From: an uncultured Mycoplasmatota bacterium | GTDB taxonomy: Bacteria; Bacillota_I; Bacilli_A; RF39; UBA660 | Direction of reading: 5' to 3' | NCBI GenBank assembly: GCA_900547465.1 | Contig: URHJ01000001.1 | Coordinates: forward strand, 20,341 to 84,340 | DNA length: 64,000 nt | Shown here: piece by piece, positions 63,709-64,000 of the stretch | Layout of the letters: each line of letters opens with the position of its first letter | Numbering within the stretch: the first letter of the stretch is position 1 | Notes under the pieces: generated by a model | The model's input: only the letters and a program-made list of their open reading frames with translations | Databases searched by the model: none | Told to the model about the DNA's origin: nothing | Made by a program: the position numbers and the translations under genes

Positions 63709-64000
63709 ATGAATGATACAATAGCTGCAATTTCAACATCATTGGGAATAGGAGCAATATCAATTGTTAGAATGAGTGGTACTGATGCCATAAAAATAGC
63801 TAACAAAATCTTTTCAAAAGATCTAGAAAATGTAAAATCCCATACTATAAATTATGGATTTATAAAAGAAAATGGCGAAGTGATAGATGAAGTACTAATT
63901 TCAGTAATGAAAGCTCCACATACTTATACAACAGAAAATATAATAGAAATAAATTGTCATGGTGGTATCACAACTACAAATAAAGTTCTAGAAACACTTT
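63709..64000 (+). CDS. mnmE: tRNA modification GTPase MnmE, N-terminal fragment; continues past the window end
   Basis: [24 protein letters not shown], a typical MnmE N-terminus. Position after jag. Confidence 0.85.
   Translation, partial: MNDTIAAISTSLGIGAISIVRMSGTDAIKIANKIFSKDLENVKSHTINYGFIKENGEVIDEVLISVMKAPHTYTTENIIEINCHGGITTTNKVLETL

Overview
This is an AT-rich (about 27% GC) Firmicutes-type chromosomal window covering the replication origin and its flank. Every gene from 1 to 61293 is on the minus strand and every gene from 61612 onward is on the plus strand. The strand switch falls at the dnaA-rpmH gap, which carries DnaA boxes, so that gap is taken as oriC.

Core genes, reading in the minus-strand gene direction: dnaA-dnaN-(ComK-like)-recF-gyrB-gyrA; a 1.24-kb non-coding block; tadA-dnaX-ybaB-recR-bofA-holB-yaaT-yabB-rsmI-pth-mfd-spoVT-metG-tatD; an inserted SipW module; ksgA-yabG-veg-spoVG-yabP-yabQ-divIC-tilS-ftsH-dusB-lysS-clpC-cysS-mrnC-rlmB-sigH-secE-nusG-rplK-rplA-rplJ-rplL; an inserted type VII (ESX/Ess) secretion module; then a methyltransferase and rpoB (partial). 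On the plus strand are rpmH-rnpA-yidC-jag-mnmE (partial). The many sporulation genes (yabG, yabP, yabQ, spoVG, spoVT, bofA, yaaT, sigH-like) point to an endospore-forming lineage.

Four things are not explained by the ordinary core layout:
1. The non-coding block 3' of gyrA carries six copies of the 16-bp parS palindrome TGTTTCACGTGAAACA. Four are perfect and two are 15/16. Three of them are each immediately preceded by a DnaA-box-like 9-mer (TGTGGAAAA or TGTGGATAT). Noc-binding-site palindromes (TATTTCCCGGGAAATA) are present as well.
2. A pared-down type VII secretion module (EssC, YukD/EsaB-like, WXG100, two small proteins) sits between rplL and the methyltransferase-rpoB pair.
3. An archaeal-type signal peptidase (SipW-like) follows three tandem paralogous membrane-anchored proteins, all inserted between tatD and ksgA.
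4. A MetRS-type C-terminal tRNA-binding domain is fused to LysRS, while MetRS itself lacks it.

No rRNA, tRNA, CRISPR array or mobile element was identified.
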